Part shown: positions 38,509 through 47,258 of the stretch, one piece after another | How positions within the stretch are numbered: the first letter of the stretch is position 1 | Layout: each line of letters opens with the position of its first letter | IMG/VR virus record: IMGVR_UViG_3300045921_000730 | Location: 124,001 to 188,000 of that record | Length of the DNA stretch: 64,000 nt | Direction: 5' to 3' (one strand) | Position numbers and translations under genes: made by a program | The notes under the pieces: generated by a model | What the model saw: only the letters and a program-made list of their open reading frames with translations | Database searches by the model: none | What the model was told of the DNA's origin: nothing

Positions 38509-39215
38509 CCAGGTTTATACAATTTTTATATGAACAAATGCAAGGACGTGTAGCGCGCGGTGTTACAGGACAACAACAAGTAATTGACTACTTGCAAAGT
38601 CAAGGCTACACGATTGATCAAAAAAATATAGCTATAGCACACAGTCAAAGACCTGACATTATTTTACACATTAAAGAATTTTCTGAACCTATACAAATAG
38701 AAGTAAAAACAAGAGATAGGCCCCAAAGACATATTCAAACTATAGAAATGGCTGTTCTTGGTGATAAATCTAATCCAGAGTTGGACAAACTTGTTCAGGT
38801 GATAACTAACGGAAAGTTTAATTCTTTTAAACAAGCGATAAAGTTTTACAGAAAAAAATATATTAATTATAATGAAACAAGCCAAAAACCAAAAACGTTG
38901 CCTGGTTATCCGGGAAACGAAGGAACTGCAAAAAGTGGTACTATACCATCAGAATTGAATTCTTCTGATCCTCAGGCACTTTCGTATATAAGAGAATTGT
39001 ATGTTACTAATTTAAAACATTTTGGAAATAATTATTTTGCTTTGATAACAGGCGAAAATGACGTAAAAATATATTTTACCGGTCTTGGAAAAAACTTTTT
39101 AAAAGCGCCTGCGTTTCCAATGCCTAAACACGTAAAAATAGATTCATATGGCAGTGCTGATAAATTACTTGGCGGATATAAATTTAGAGTAGGACCTAAA
39201 ATTATGTTACCGTGA
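38505..39215 (+). CDS. PD-(D/E)xK nuclease-like protein
   Basis: RPDIILH...IQIEVKT; ATGA overlap with the small terminase. Confidence 0.5.
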   Translation: MTRFIQFLYEQMQGRVARGVTGQQQVIDYLQSQGYTIDQKNIAIAHSQRPDIILHIKEFSEPIQIEVKTRDRPQRHIQTIEMAVLGDKSNPELDKLVQVITNGKFNSFKQAIKFYRKKYINYNETSQKPKTLPGYPGNEGTAKSGTIPSELNSSDPQALSYIRELYVTNLKHFGNNYFALITGENDVKIYFTGLGKNFLKAPAFPMPKHVKIDSYGSADKLLGGYKFRVGPKIMLP

Positions 39216-39252
39216 ACTGTCGCCTAACATAAATGAAGTAGCTTCCTGGGCC
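39212..39252 (-). repeat. IS200/IS605-end-like remnant (family B, copy 3)
   Basis: Minus strand reads GGCCCAGGAAGCTACTTCATTTATGTTAGGCGACAGTTCAC; overlaps the TGA of the upstream ORF. Confidence 0.55.
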
Positions 39253-39328
39253 AGATCTATAAACGAAATCATATCTTCGCAGCCATTATTTTGAACAATC
39301 TCTGTGATATACAGAAAACAATAAAGCC

Positions 39329-40258
39329 ATGGCAAAATCAAAAAATCCTTATCTTAAAAAAGCCAACGAACAACACGAGTACACAAATCAGCAAGTTTTA
39401 GAATTAATGAAATGTGCTGACGATCCTATTCATTTTATTACTAATTATGTTGTTATTGAACATCCTGTAAAAGGTGCCATTAAGTTTGATATGTACCCAT
39501 ATCAAAAACGAATAATTAGAGCATTTAAAGATAACAGACAAGTAATTGTTTTGTCAGCAAGACAAACAGGTAAAAGTATTTCATCAGCAGCTTATTTGCT
39601 TTGGTTTGCTTGTTTTCATTTTGATAAAACTATTCTTATAGCATCAAACAAAAACGACAATGCTATGGAAATGATTCACAGAATTCGTTTTATGTATGAA
39701 AGACTGCCTCATTGGTTAAAACCAGGTATCACCGAAGACGGATGGAATAAACATAGTGTGGGGTTTGATAATGGTTCGAGAATAATTTCGCAAGCAACCT
39801 CTGAAACAACAGGTCGTGGTATGTCAATATCTCTATTGTTTTTAGATGAGTTCGCTTTTGTTAGAGAAACAATTCAAGAAGAATTTTGGACTTCGGTTGC
39901 ACCAACTTTAGCAACAGGTGGTAGTTGTATTATCACATCAACACCGAATGGTGATACAAACAGATTTGCTCAACTCTGGAGAGGTGCGTGCGTAAAAGCA
40001 AACGATAACGGATTTGTTCCCATTGAAGTAAAATGGAATGAACCACCGGGACGAGACGAAAAATTTAAACAAAAAGAGATGGCAAAGATAGGTGAAACCC
40101 GATGGAAACAAGAATACGAATGTTGCTCCATAAATACAAAAGTAGAGATAATGGATGAGAATAATAATATACTTTGTTTAACTATTGGAGAACTTTATAA
40201 TGTTTTATCAACAAATAGCGAGAGATCTGACACAAAAATATGTAACATCTCCAATTGA
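39329..40258 (+). CDS. gp17: Terminase large subunit, N-terminal ATPase extein + split-intein N fragment
   Basis: ARQTGKS Walker A, LLFLDEFAF Walker B, TSTPNG; ends QEYE|CCSINTKV...TIGELY. Confidence 0.92.
   Translation: MAKSKNPYLKKANEQHEYTNQQVLELMKCADDPIHFITNYVVIEHPVKGAIKFDMYPYQKRIIRAFKDNRQVIVLSARQTGKSISSAAYLLWFACFHFDKTILIASNKNDNAMEMIHRIRFMYERLPHWLKPGITEDGWNKHSVGFDNGSRIISQATSETTGRGMSISLLFLDEFAFVRETIQEEFWTSVAPTLATGGSCIITSTPNGDTNRFAQLWRGACVKANDNGFVPIEVKWNEPPGRDEKFKQKEMAKIGETRWKQEYECCSINTKVEIMDENNNILCLTIGELYNVLSTNSERSDTKICNISN
40121..40258 (+). mobile_element. Split intein N fragment (45 aa)
   Basis: Block A CCSINTKVEI followed by TIGELY, then stop. Confidence 0.85.
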
Positions 40259-41717
40259 CGGGAAACAATATTGTCGTAAAAATGGAGAATTTTTACGACA
40301 CATACGACAACACGAATTTGATAACTATCAATCTTTTTTTGAACACTATTATCCTTCACTAATACAATACTGTCCGGTGTGTAACAAAAAATGTACTTTT
40401 TTACCCTCAAAAATGACATATCGCAAAACTTGTGGGTCAAAAAGTTGTGCAAATCAAATATCTTCAAACGTAAAACAAGGATTCACAGAAGAACAGAAAC
40501 AAATTCGAACTGAACGATACCGACAATCAATGTCATTAAAGACAAAGAAACAAATAGAGGAAATATCCACTAAGCGAAAAAGCACATATGTTTTAAAATA
40601 TGGTGTTGATCATCCTTGGAAATCTTCGCAGGTAAGAGAAAAAATTCAACTCACAATGGAAAAAAAGTATGGACACAGGAACTTCAGTTCAACTCTGATT
40701 CCTCCTGAGAGTAAAATACTTTTGGAAAATCGTGAGTGGCTTTACACCAAACACGTATTAGAACAAACTCCGCTATATGTAATTGCCAAACAACTGAACG
40801 TTGGAGATAGAACTGTAGGTGTTTACCTACATAACCACAACATCAAAACACACAATTTTCAATCTGCACAATGGGAAAAAGAATTAGAAGATTTCTTAAA
40901 AGAACATAATGTTCAATTTCAACGAAACGCAAGAGATATCATTCCTCCAAAAGAATTAGATTTTTATATTCCAAAATTTAATTTGGCAATCGAGTTGTGT
41001 GGTTTATATTGGCATAGCGATGCGAAAGAAAGAATCACCAAACATTATCATGAACACAAATACAAAGAATGCCAACAACAAAATATTAGATTATTAACAA
41101 TATTTGAAGACGAGTGGGAAAGAAAACATGTTATTTTTTCTAAAATTAAACATTTGATACGTGCAACAACAAGCAAGTGTTATGCTCGGAATTTGCAAGT
41201 TGTCAGTGATATTTCTAAGACTGAAAGAAATAATTTTTTTGAAAAAACACATATACAGGGAGATGGTAAGGGTAGTATTTGTATAGGATTACGAAATGCC
41301 AACCAGGTACTTGTTGCACTAGGATTATTTTCAAAACAATCCAACCAAAAAGATACTTATGTTCTTGAAAGATATTCTACCTGTGAACACGTCGTTGGTG
41401 GATTCAGCAAAATCATTTCTGCGTTTGAAAAACTTACAAATTGCAAAAAAATAATAACATTTGCTGACAAACGTTGGAGTAACGGTGAACTATATTTAAA
41501 AACAAATTTTTATAAAGATAAAGACCTTCCAATAGATTATGCATACGTAGTAAATAATAAACGAATACATAAATTTAATTTCAGACACAAACATCTAAAG
41601 AAACGTTTGAACAACTACGATCCGTCACTATCCGAATCACAAAATTGTAATTTGCATGGAATATATAGGATATGGGACTGTGGGAAAATTCGATTTGTTC
41701 GTGAGAGGAAATTATGA
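40200..41717 (+). CDS. Homing-endonuclease-like protein between the intein halves: Zn finger/HTH + PD-(D/E)xK + Mom/GNAT-like domain (copy 5)
   Basis: GGAG SD before ATG 40200; CPVC...TCGSKSC; ELDFYIPKFNLAIELCGLYWHSD; FADKRWSNG; RIWDCG. Confidence 0.8.
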   Translation: MFYQQIARDLTQKYVTSPIDGKQYCRKNGEFLRHIRQHEFDNYQSFFEHYYPSLIQYCPVCNKKCTFLPSKMTYRKTCGSKSCANQISSNVKQGFTEEQKQIRTERYRQSMSLKTKKQIEEISTKRKSTYVLKYGVDHPWKSSQVREKIQLTMEKKYGHRNFSSTLIPPESKILLENREWLYTKHVLEQTPLYVIAKQLNVGDRTVGVYLHNHNIKTHNFQSAQWEKELEDFLKEHNVQFQRNARDIIPPKELDFYIPKFNLAIELCGLYWHSDAKERITKHYHEHKYKECQQQNIRLLTIFEDEWERKHVIFSKIKHLIRATTSKCYARNLQVVSDISKTERNNFFEKTHIQGDGKGSICIGLRNANQVLVALGLFSKQSNQKDTYVLERYSTCEHVVGGFSKIISAFEKLTNCKKIITFADKRWSNGELYLKTNFYKDKDLPIDYAYVVNNKRIHKFNFRHKHLKKRLNNYDPSLSESQNCNLHGIYRIWDCGKIRFVRERKL

Positions 41718-42046
41718 CAGAACTTTTGGCAAAGAACACAAAAAACTGGAAAATACGAACGAATGTTGGTTTTGTTCCTTTTGTTGGGGTTGCTCACATG
41801 GGAAGAAAACCAATATACAAAATAACATTTGAAGATAGTACATTTATAGATGTAACTGATACCCATACCTTTTTTACATTAGATGGACGTGAAATTACAA
41901 CGAGGGAACTTTCGCCAGGTATAACATTAATGGGCATCGAAAATAAAACAATATCTTCAGTAGAGCCTGCTGGTGAAGAAGAAACTTTTGATATCGTTGA
42001 AAGTGAAACACATACATTTTTTGCTAATGGTTTATTGTGTCATAAT
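41714..42046 (+). mobile_element. Split intein C fragment (111 aa)
   Basis: Block B VTDTHTF (TxxH), block F ETFDI...HTFFANG, block G CHN followed by Cys+1. Confidence 0.88.
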
Positions 42047-42793
42047 TGCGAATTTTTATCAAGCGATCCATTACTAATTGATACGCTTGTTCTTGCTAAT
42101 TTAACAAACAGCGTCAAAGATCAACAACCAGTAGCAATTATGGGAGATATTTTATTTTTTAAACAACCACAAAAAAATTCAATATATCTTGTAGGGATGG
42201 ATCCGGCAACAGGCAGAGGACATGATTATACGACAATTACGGCTTTTGAATTTCCGTCGATGGAGCAAGTGGCACAATTCAGATCGAATACAACATCTAC
42301 AGTCGATGCGTATCAAAATTTGAAACGCCTATTAAAAGTCTTTGAAAAAACACAATCTACTGTTTATTATTCAGTTGAAAACAATGGTGTCGGTGAAGGA
42401 ATTATTGCTTTGTTACAAAACGATGAATCACCACCAGAGACAGCTGAATTTGTATCTCAATCCAACAGACAAAAAGAAGGTATGGTAACAACAAAACAAG
42501 CAAAAATGAAAGCTTGTTTAACGTTAAAAGAAATGATAGAAAGAGATAAAATAAAAATTAAATCACCTTTAATAATTCAAGAACTAAAAAACTATGTAAG
42601 AAAAGGCGGTTCATATGCTGGTAAAATAGGATCTACTGACGATTTAGTTTCATCTTTGTTAATTGTAGTAAGACTTTTAGAAGAAATATCTTCATTTGAA
42701 CAAGAAGCTTATGATAAATTATATTCTTCTTCGTATTTTAACGTCAATGATGAATTTGATGAAAACGACATACCGCCAGCAATAGTATTTTAA
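41714..42793 (+). CDS. gp17: Split-intein C fragment + terminase large subunit C-terminal nuclease extein
   Basis: ...FANGLLCHN|CEFLSS; RNase H-like YLVGMDPATG..DYT, VENN, DDLV. Confidence 0.92.
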   Translation: MTELLAKNTKNWKIRTNVGFVPFVGVAHMGRKPIYKITFEDSTFIDVTDTHTFFTLDGREITTRELSPGITLMGIENKTISSVEPAGEEETFDIVESETHTFFANGLLCHNCEFLSSDPLLIDTLVLANLTNSVKDQQPVAIMGDILFFKQPQKNSIYLVGMDPATGRGHDYTTITAFEFPSMEQVAQFRSNTTSTVDAYQNLKRLLKVFEKTQSTVYYSVENNGVGEGIIALLQNDESPPETAEFVSQSNRQKEGMVTTKQAKMKACLTLKEMIERDKIKIKSPLIIQELKNYVRKGGSYAGKIGSTDDLVSSLLIVVRLLEEISSFEQEAYDKLYSSSYFNVNDEFDENDIPPAIVF

Positions 42794-42824
42794 AGTAAAT
42801 ACTACACGAAAGGAATTATATAGT

Positions 42825-43322
42825 ATGAAATTATTTGAACTTACTCAAAAACCAACAGTTTATTTTCCAATTGGACCTTCAGGAACAGGTAAATCAACAG
42901 TATATAAAAAGTTAAAAGAAAAAAATCCGAATCTTAATATTTTTTCTTTAGATATTCTTCGTCATAAATTTTATGATAAAAATGATTATGCCAAGGCTTG
43001 GAAAATGTCAACAGAGGATAAAGATTTTTCAAAAAAAGCAAATGATGAATTTTTCAAAATTTTGAAGCAAAAACAAGATTTATACATTGACAACACAAAC
43101 TTAACTCCAAAATCAAGAAAGTTTTATTTAGAACAAGCAAAAAAGCACGGATATATGGCAACGGCAATTGTCTTTGATATCGATTTAGACACAATTATTA
43201 AACGACAGACAACAAGAACGGACAAATCTGTTCCTGAAGAGGCTGTAAGAAGGCAATACCAATCAATGATCTTGCCACAAGAAAAAGAATTTGACAAAAT
43301 AATTAACGCAAATGAATTATAA
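42825..43322 (+). CDS. P-loop kinase (AAA_33 / polynucleotide-kinase-like)
   Basis: GPSGTGKST, SLDILR, YIDNTN, R..R.DKSVPEEAV. Confidence 0.8.
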   Translation: MKLFELTQKPTVYFPIGPSGTGKSTVYKKLKEKNPNLNIFSLDILRHKFYDKNDYAKAWKMSTEDKDFSKKANDEFFKILKQKQDLYIDNTNLTPKSRKFYLEQAKKHGYMATAIVFDIDLDTIIKRQTTRTDKSVPEEAVRRQYQSMILPQEKEFDKIINANEL

Positions 43323-43848
43323 ACAAATAACTGGAAAACAATTAATACAAGGACTTGAAGAGTCTTCGTATAATGATTTAGAACAAAACATCATTAATAA
43401 CTTTGTAACAAATAGACGACAAAATGCTGTTAATGAAGTCGTTGTAAACAATATTACTTATACTCCATTTGAAAATAGTGGTATTCTTCAAGTTGATGCA
43501 TCTGTAAGAAGTAATCAACATAACTACAAAGTTACATTACAATTTCAAAATGTTGTGTTTGGTGAAGGGCCAACATCAATTACTATAACATCAACAGACG
43601 GTGAAACAAATAATTTACAACCAATTTCAATTCAAACTAATGACATAAAAGTTAAGTGTAATTGTTTAGATTTTTTTTGGCGTTTTGCATATTGGAATGC
43701 AAACGATAAAAGTTTAGTTGGAGAACCGCCAGCTTTATATAAGAGAAGAACTAATAGACCACCAGTAAACGCTGCCAGAGTTCCTGGCATTTGTCGTCAT
43801 ATTATTAAAGTTGTCGATGAATTAACTAAGCAAGGTATTGTTAAATAG
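43312..43848 (+). CDS. SWIM zinc-finger-like protein
   Basis: VKCNCLDF...GICRHI. Confidence 0.65.
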   Translation: MNYKQITGKQLIQGLEESSYNDLEQNIINNFVTNRRQNAVNEVVVNNITYTPFENSGILQVDASVRSNQHNYKVTLQFQNVVFGEGPTSITITSTDGETNNLQPISIQTNDIKVKCNCLDFFWRFAYWNANDKSLVGEPPALYKRRTNRPPVNAARVPGICRHIIKVVDELTKQGIVK

Positions 43849-44437
43849 ATTTGATAATTTTTTCGAGTGTTTTTTTGATTTTTTGTTCTTTTGTTTGTTT
43901 CAAAGAAGAAAGATTATCAAAATTATTTACTATTGATTTTGAAAGCTCTGTATTAATCGGTTCGATATTAAATGTTGGTGTTGTTTGTATTTTTTCAATT
44001 TCTTTGATAAGATCTTTAATATCTTTTTTGGTTTTTTTGTTTGTTGTTTGGTTTTCTTGTTTTTCTGTAAGAATTTTGTTTTTTGATTTTAAGATTTTAC
44101 CTTCAGTTTTAGTAGGAGAAACGTTGGAAACGTTTTGAGTTGTAACTTGAGGTAGATTTTCATCGAAAGAAATATTTCCTTGAGCAGGTTTAAAATAATA
44201 ATGACCAACGATTACTTCAATCATATATGTAGCATTGTCTGGTAGACTTACTTCAGGAACTTTAACTTCCCATAGTTTATCTTGTTTGTGAGTAGCAAAA
44301 AAACTAACGCTCGTTTGTTCATTAAGCGAAACAGTAAATTTAACTTGTGGCTCTTCGCTGTCAATACCACCTTCAATGTCCAAATCAAAATTTACTATAG
44401 TTTCATTATTTTTTGCTAATTTAATTGTTTCATTCAT
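43841..44437 (-). CDS. Hypothetical late protein
   Basis: AAGGA SD; GATAAATA on the minus strand at 44459-44466; beta-rich N-terminal half. Confidence 0.65.
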   Translation of the reverse strand: MNETIKLAKNNETIVNFDLDIEGGIDSEEPQVKFTVSLNEQTSVSFFATHKQDKLWEVKVPEVSLPDNATYMIEVIVGHYYFKPAQGNISFDENLPQVTTQNVSNVSPTKTEGKILKSKNKILTEKQENQTTNKKTKKDIKDLIKEIEKIQTTPTFNIEPINTELSKSIVNNFDNLSSLKQTKEQKIKKTLEKIIKSI

Positions 44438-44463
44438 AATCAAAATCCTTTATCGCTCTATTT

Positions 44464-44570
44464 ATCAACTACCACGAAACTAAAGATTTTGTGGTTTTCG
44501 ATCTCATAGACTCAGCCAACATCATCGGTACTTTCTTCGGTTTTTGTTTGGTGCTTGACTGCGCTCCACA
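44464..44570 (-). repeat. Longest IS200/IS605 right-end/omegaRNA-like remnant (family C)
   Basis: Minus strand: TGTGGAGCGCAGTCAAGCACC...GAAAACCACAAAATCTTTAGTTTCGTGGTAGTTGAT. Confidence 0.5.
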
Positions 44571-44641
44571 ATTAGATAATTTTATTTATGATTGATTAAT
44601 TGACGAAACAAAAAATTTCGTAGTTTTCAGTATGAAGGAAG

Positions 44642-45070
44642 TTAAAACACTTTCTTAAAAAACGCTTTAATGTTTGATATTTGCACTTTAATTCCTTGAT
44701 AAATTTTATGTACTTTAACTAAAGTATCGACAATGCTTTTTTTCACCACGTAATATTTTACAACTTCTTTGTTGTTTAATTTTAAAGTCAATTTAATTGT
44801 TGTTTTATTATAGAGCGGTTGATTAACAGGAACCAGATATGGTGGTTGTTGTATATTTTGTCTCGGAACATTAAAATATGCAGGATTTCTTCCTGGAGTA
44901 GCTTGATTCCAGGCACCAACATAAGGATATGGCCCACCACCTCCGCCGCCTGAAGGAGGTATTACTTCAATATGAAATAAATGAAAATGCATTGTAATTA
45001 ATCCTGCAGAAGCAGGACCACCAAGGCCATTTGTAATTATTCTATTTGTTGGATTTGGAATTGTTGCCAT
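44642..45070 (-). CDS. Hypothetical protein with a Gly/Pro-rich linker
   Basis: 142-aa ORF directly downstream of 45078-45659. Confidence 0.65.
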   Translation of the reverse strand: MATIPNPTNRIITNGLGGPASAGLITMHFHLFHIEVIPPSGGGGGGPYPYVGAWNQATPGRNPAYFNVPRQNIQQPPYLVPVNQPLYNKTTIKLTLKLNNKEVVKYYVVKKSIVDTLVKVHKIYQGIKVQISNIKAFFKKVF

Positions 45071-45077
45071 TATTCAA

Positions 45078-45659
45078 TTAAATGGGGTCGCGTTCACACA
45101 CATCAACAACACTTGGAGCACCCACGCTGTCTTTTAAGTTAAAAACTGTTAGTGGCGTTACTTCATCATCATCATAAACAGTTAATGTTTTTGCGACAAC
45201 GTCAATTCTTGTTCTATTTTTTTCGTATTTTAACAACGTGTTCAACAAATTGTTGATTGTTGGTATTGATACACTAATAAACGTTGTGTCTGCTTTAATC
45301 TGAGCAAGATTTTGACCGGTTGATCCAGGAATCAAATGTGATGCGTTCGGAATGTCCCAAACGTTTGCAGCAATGTTGGTTATTGATGTTGCTTCAACTT
45401 GAGCAGTAATAATTGTTCCTGATTGATATCTTTCGCCGGCCGGTAAAGTTCCACCACCATCTGTTCTGAATACATAATCTTTTGAAGCATCATACGCAAC
45501 AAAATTATATTTGTAAAAACCGTCACCGGTCTCGACCATTGGTGCATTATTGACAATTAATGTGTCTGAACCGACACCAACAACTTCCCAAATGCGAATG
45601 GTTGGTGTAAGTCCAGTTTGAGGATTACCGTTATTTGTAAAAAAAGAACTAATTATCAT
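45078..45659 (-). CDS. Putative virion structural protein
   Basis: AAGGA SD, minus-strand CATAAATA at 45685-45692; beta-rich N-terminus; C-terminal LTVYDDDEVTPL..FNL. Confidence 0.6.
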   Translation of the reverse strand: MIISSFFTNNGNPQTGLTPTIRIWEVVGVGSDTLIVNNAPMVETGDGFYKYNFVAYDASKDYVFRTDGGGTLPAGERYQSGTIITAQVEATSITNIAANVWDIPNASHLIPGSTGQNLAQIKADTTFISVSIPTINNLLNTLLKYEKNRTRIDVVAKTLTVYDDDEVTPLTVFNLKDSVGAPSVVDVCERDPI

Positions 45660-45797
45660 ATTGTATCCTTATTGTTTATTGAGATATTTATGGCATTACT
45701 TAACATAAAACCTATAAATATTTTGATATATAATAATATTATTAGAAGCAAAACTGAAATTGTATAAATACATTATAACCAATATAAATCTCTAACA

Positions 45798-46514
45798 ATG
45801 ATTACCTTCAACCTTCCAATTCAACTAACTGACAACGATAAGAAGATGATCCTTGAATTCCAGAGGGTCCAGTCTTCGATGATTCGCACTGCATACAAAC
45901 AGGCTCAATATGAATGCACTGAGATCTCCGTCAGACAGAAAGTTCGAGATAGGTTCAAAGATCAACTCGATTCCTGGTTCCAACAATCTGCTGTTAAATA
46001 TGGAATCGGAATGTTCAAATCAGATCATGAAACTGGTCGATCTGGTCGAATCTTTGGTGGCAAAGGCAATCTGATTAGACGTGCAAAAAGGCTCATTTCA
46101 AAAGAAGAATGGAAACAAAAACGACTTCTTCCGTTGTATCTGATTGGTGAAGCTCCAGCCAAAGGAAATCGCAAGTTTGAGTTCCATGAAGAGTATGAAA
46201 TCAATGCAGCATATTCCTCAACTATAGGAAACATTCTGCATCCCAAATTACCAGACCCGATAGCCGCAAGTACTGAAATTGCACAGCGTGGTTATCGGCT
46301 TGTAATACTCAAGAACAAACAGTTCTATCCAAAACTACCAGCAGTATCGTATCTAGAGGACCTATGGAAGGAAACCAAGATACCTTTGGTAGAGACTTGG
46401 AAAGAGCAACATTCTTGGGTCAAAAACTCGAAATTGAAATATCGAGTTCCGGTTCCAGATGAATCGGTTTTTAGAATTTTTCAGTCACCAGCTAGTTTGG
46501 TTGGTGTTTTATAG
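45798..46514 (+). pseudogene. tnpB: Internally deleted, in-frame TnpB-like (IS605/IS607 OrfB) protein
   Basis: N-terminal IRTAY...LDSWFQQSA...FGGK..GNRKF joined directly to EINAAYSSTIGN...DPIAASTEIAQRG; no RuvC-I or RuvC-II motifs; more GC-rich than its flanks. Confidence 0.7.
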
Positions 46515-46568
46515 ATTTGTATTACTTATATGAATTTATAAGGAAAATTTATTTTATAGGATTATTTA

Positions 46569-47210
46569 ATGAGTGGAATTACAATAACACGACCATCAGG
46601 ATCTGGTGCCGGCGGAGGTGGGCCCGGTTCTGCTGAATTATATTCAGAAAATCCAAGTTTGCCTGTAAATCCAGTTGCTTCGGGTGTGAACAGCGTTGCT
46701 ATTGGGTATGCTGCTGACGCTGGCAGTAATAAATCATTAGCAATTGGTGAACAATCATTAACTCACATAGACGGCAGTATTGTAATAGCCAACGGCAGAT
46801 TTGCATCTACAGGCGATGCTCAACACGGAAAATATCTCTTAAGAACTGTAACAGTTAACAACACTCCAACAGAAATGTTTATGGATGGAACCGGCGGCTC
46901 TGTTCGTTTGGTGTTGCGTGACAATTCAACGTGGACATTTCGAGCATTGGTAACAGCTCACAGAACAGATGCTTCCGATGGTCATGCAGGCTATGAATTA
47001 AGGGGTGTTGTATACAGAGTTGTTGGGGCTTCATCAATTAATGTACAAGGAACAATCTCAAAACAAGTGATAGCTGAAAGCAACTCGCCGCTTGATATAA
47101 CAGTAGATGTTGATACTATAAACGGAAGCTTAAGATTTAGAGCAACTGGTCAAAACGGAAAAACAATTAGATGGGTAGCATATGTTGAAACTGTCGAAAT
47201 CACAAACTGA
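46569..47210 (+). CDS. Short fibre/adhesin-like virion protein
   Basis: YadA-head-like SVAIG/SLAIG repeats; C-terminal domain paralogous to that of 47259-49904. Confidence 0.7.
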   Translation: MSGITITRPSGSGAGGGGPGSAELYSENPSLPVNPVASGVNSVAIGYAADAGSNKSLAIGEQSLTHIDGSIVIANGRFASTGDAQHGKYLLRTVTVNNTPTEMFMDGTGGSVRLVLRDNSTWTFRALVTAHRTDASDGHAGYELRGVVYRVVGASSINVQGTISKQVIAESNSPLDITVDVDTINGSLRFRATGQNGKTIRWVAYVETVEITN

Positions 47211-47258
47211 TATTAATAAATATAATTTGACCCTTTTAACTCCAATGGAGACAAAAAC

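Noticed and set aside
40200-41717. Group I intron or assembly error as the cause of the terminase split
   Set aside because: The middle ORF overlaps both flanking genes, leaving no room for a ribozyme core; both halves carry complementary intein motifs and the second half has its own SD (GAGAGG) and ATG.
12427-44570. Dispersed hairpin repeats as a CRISPR array
   Set aside because: Copies are degenerate, on both strands and kilobases apart, with no repeat-spacer periodicity and no cas genes.
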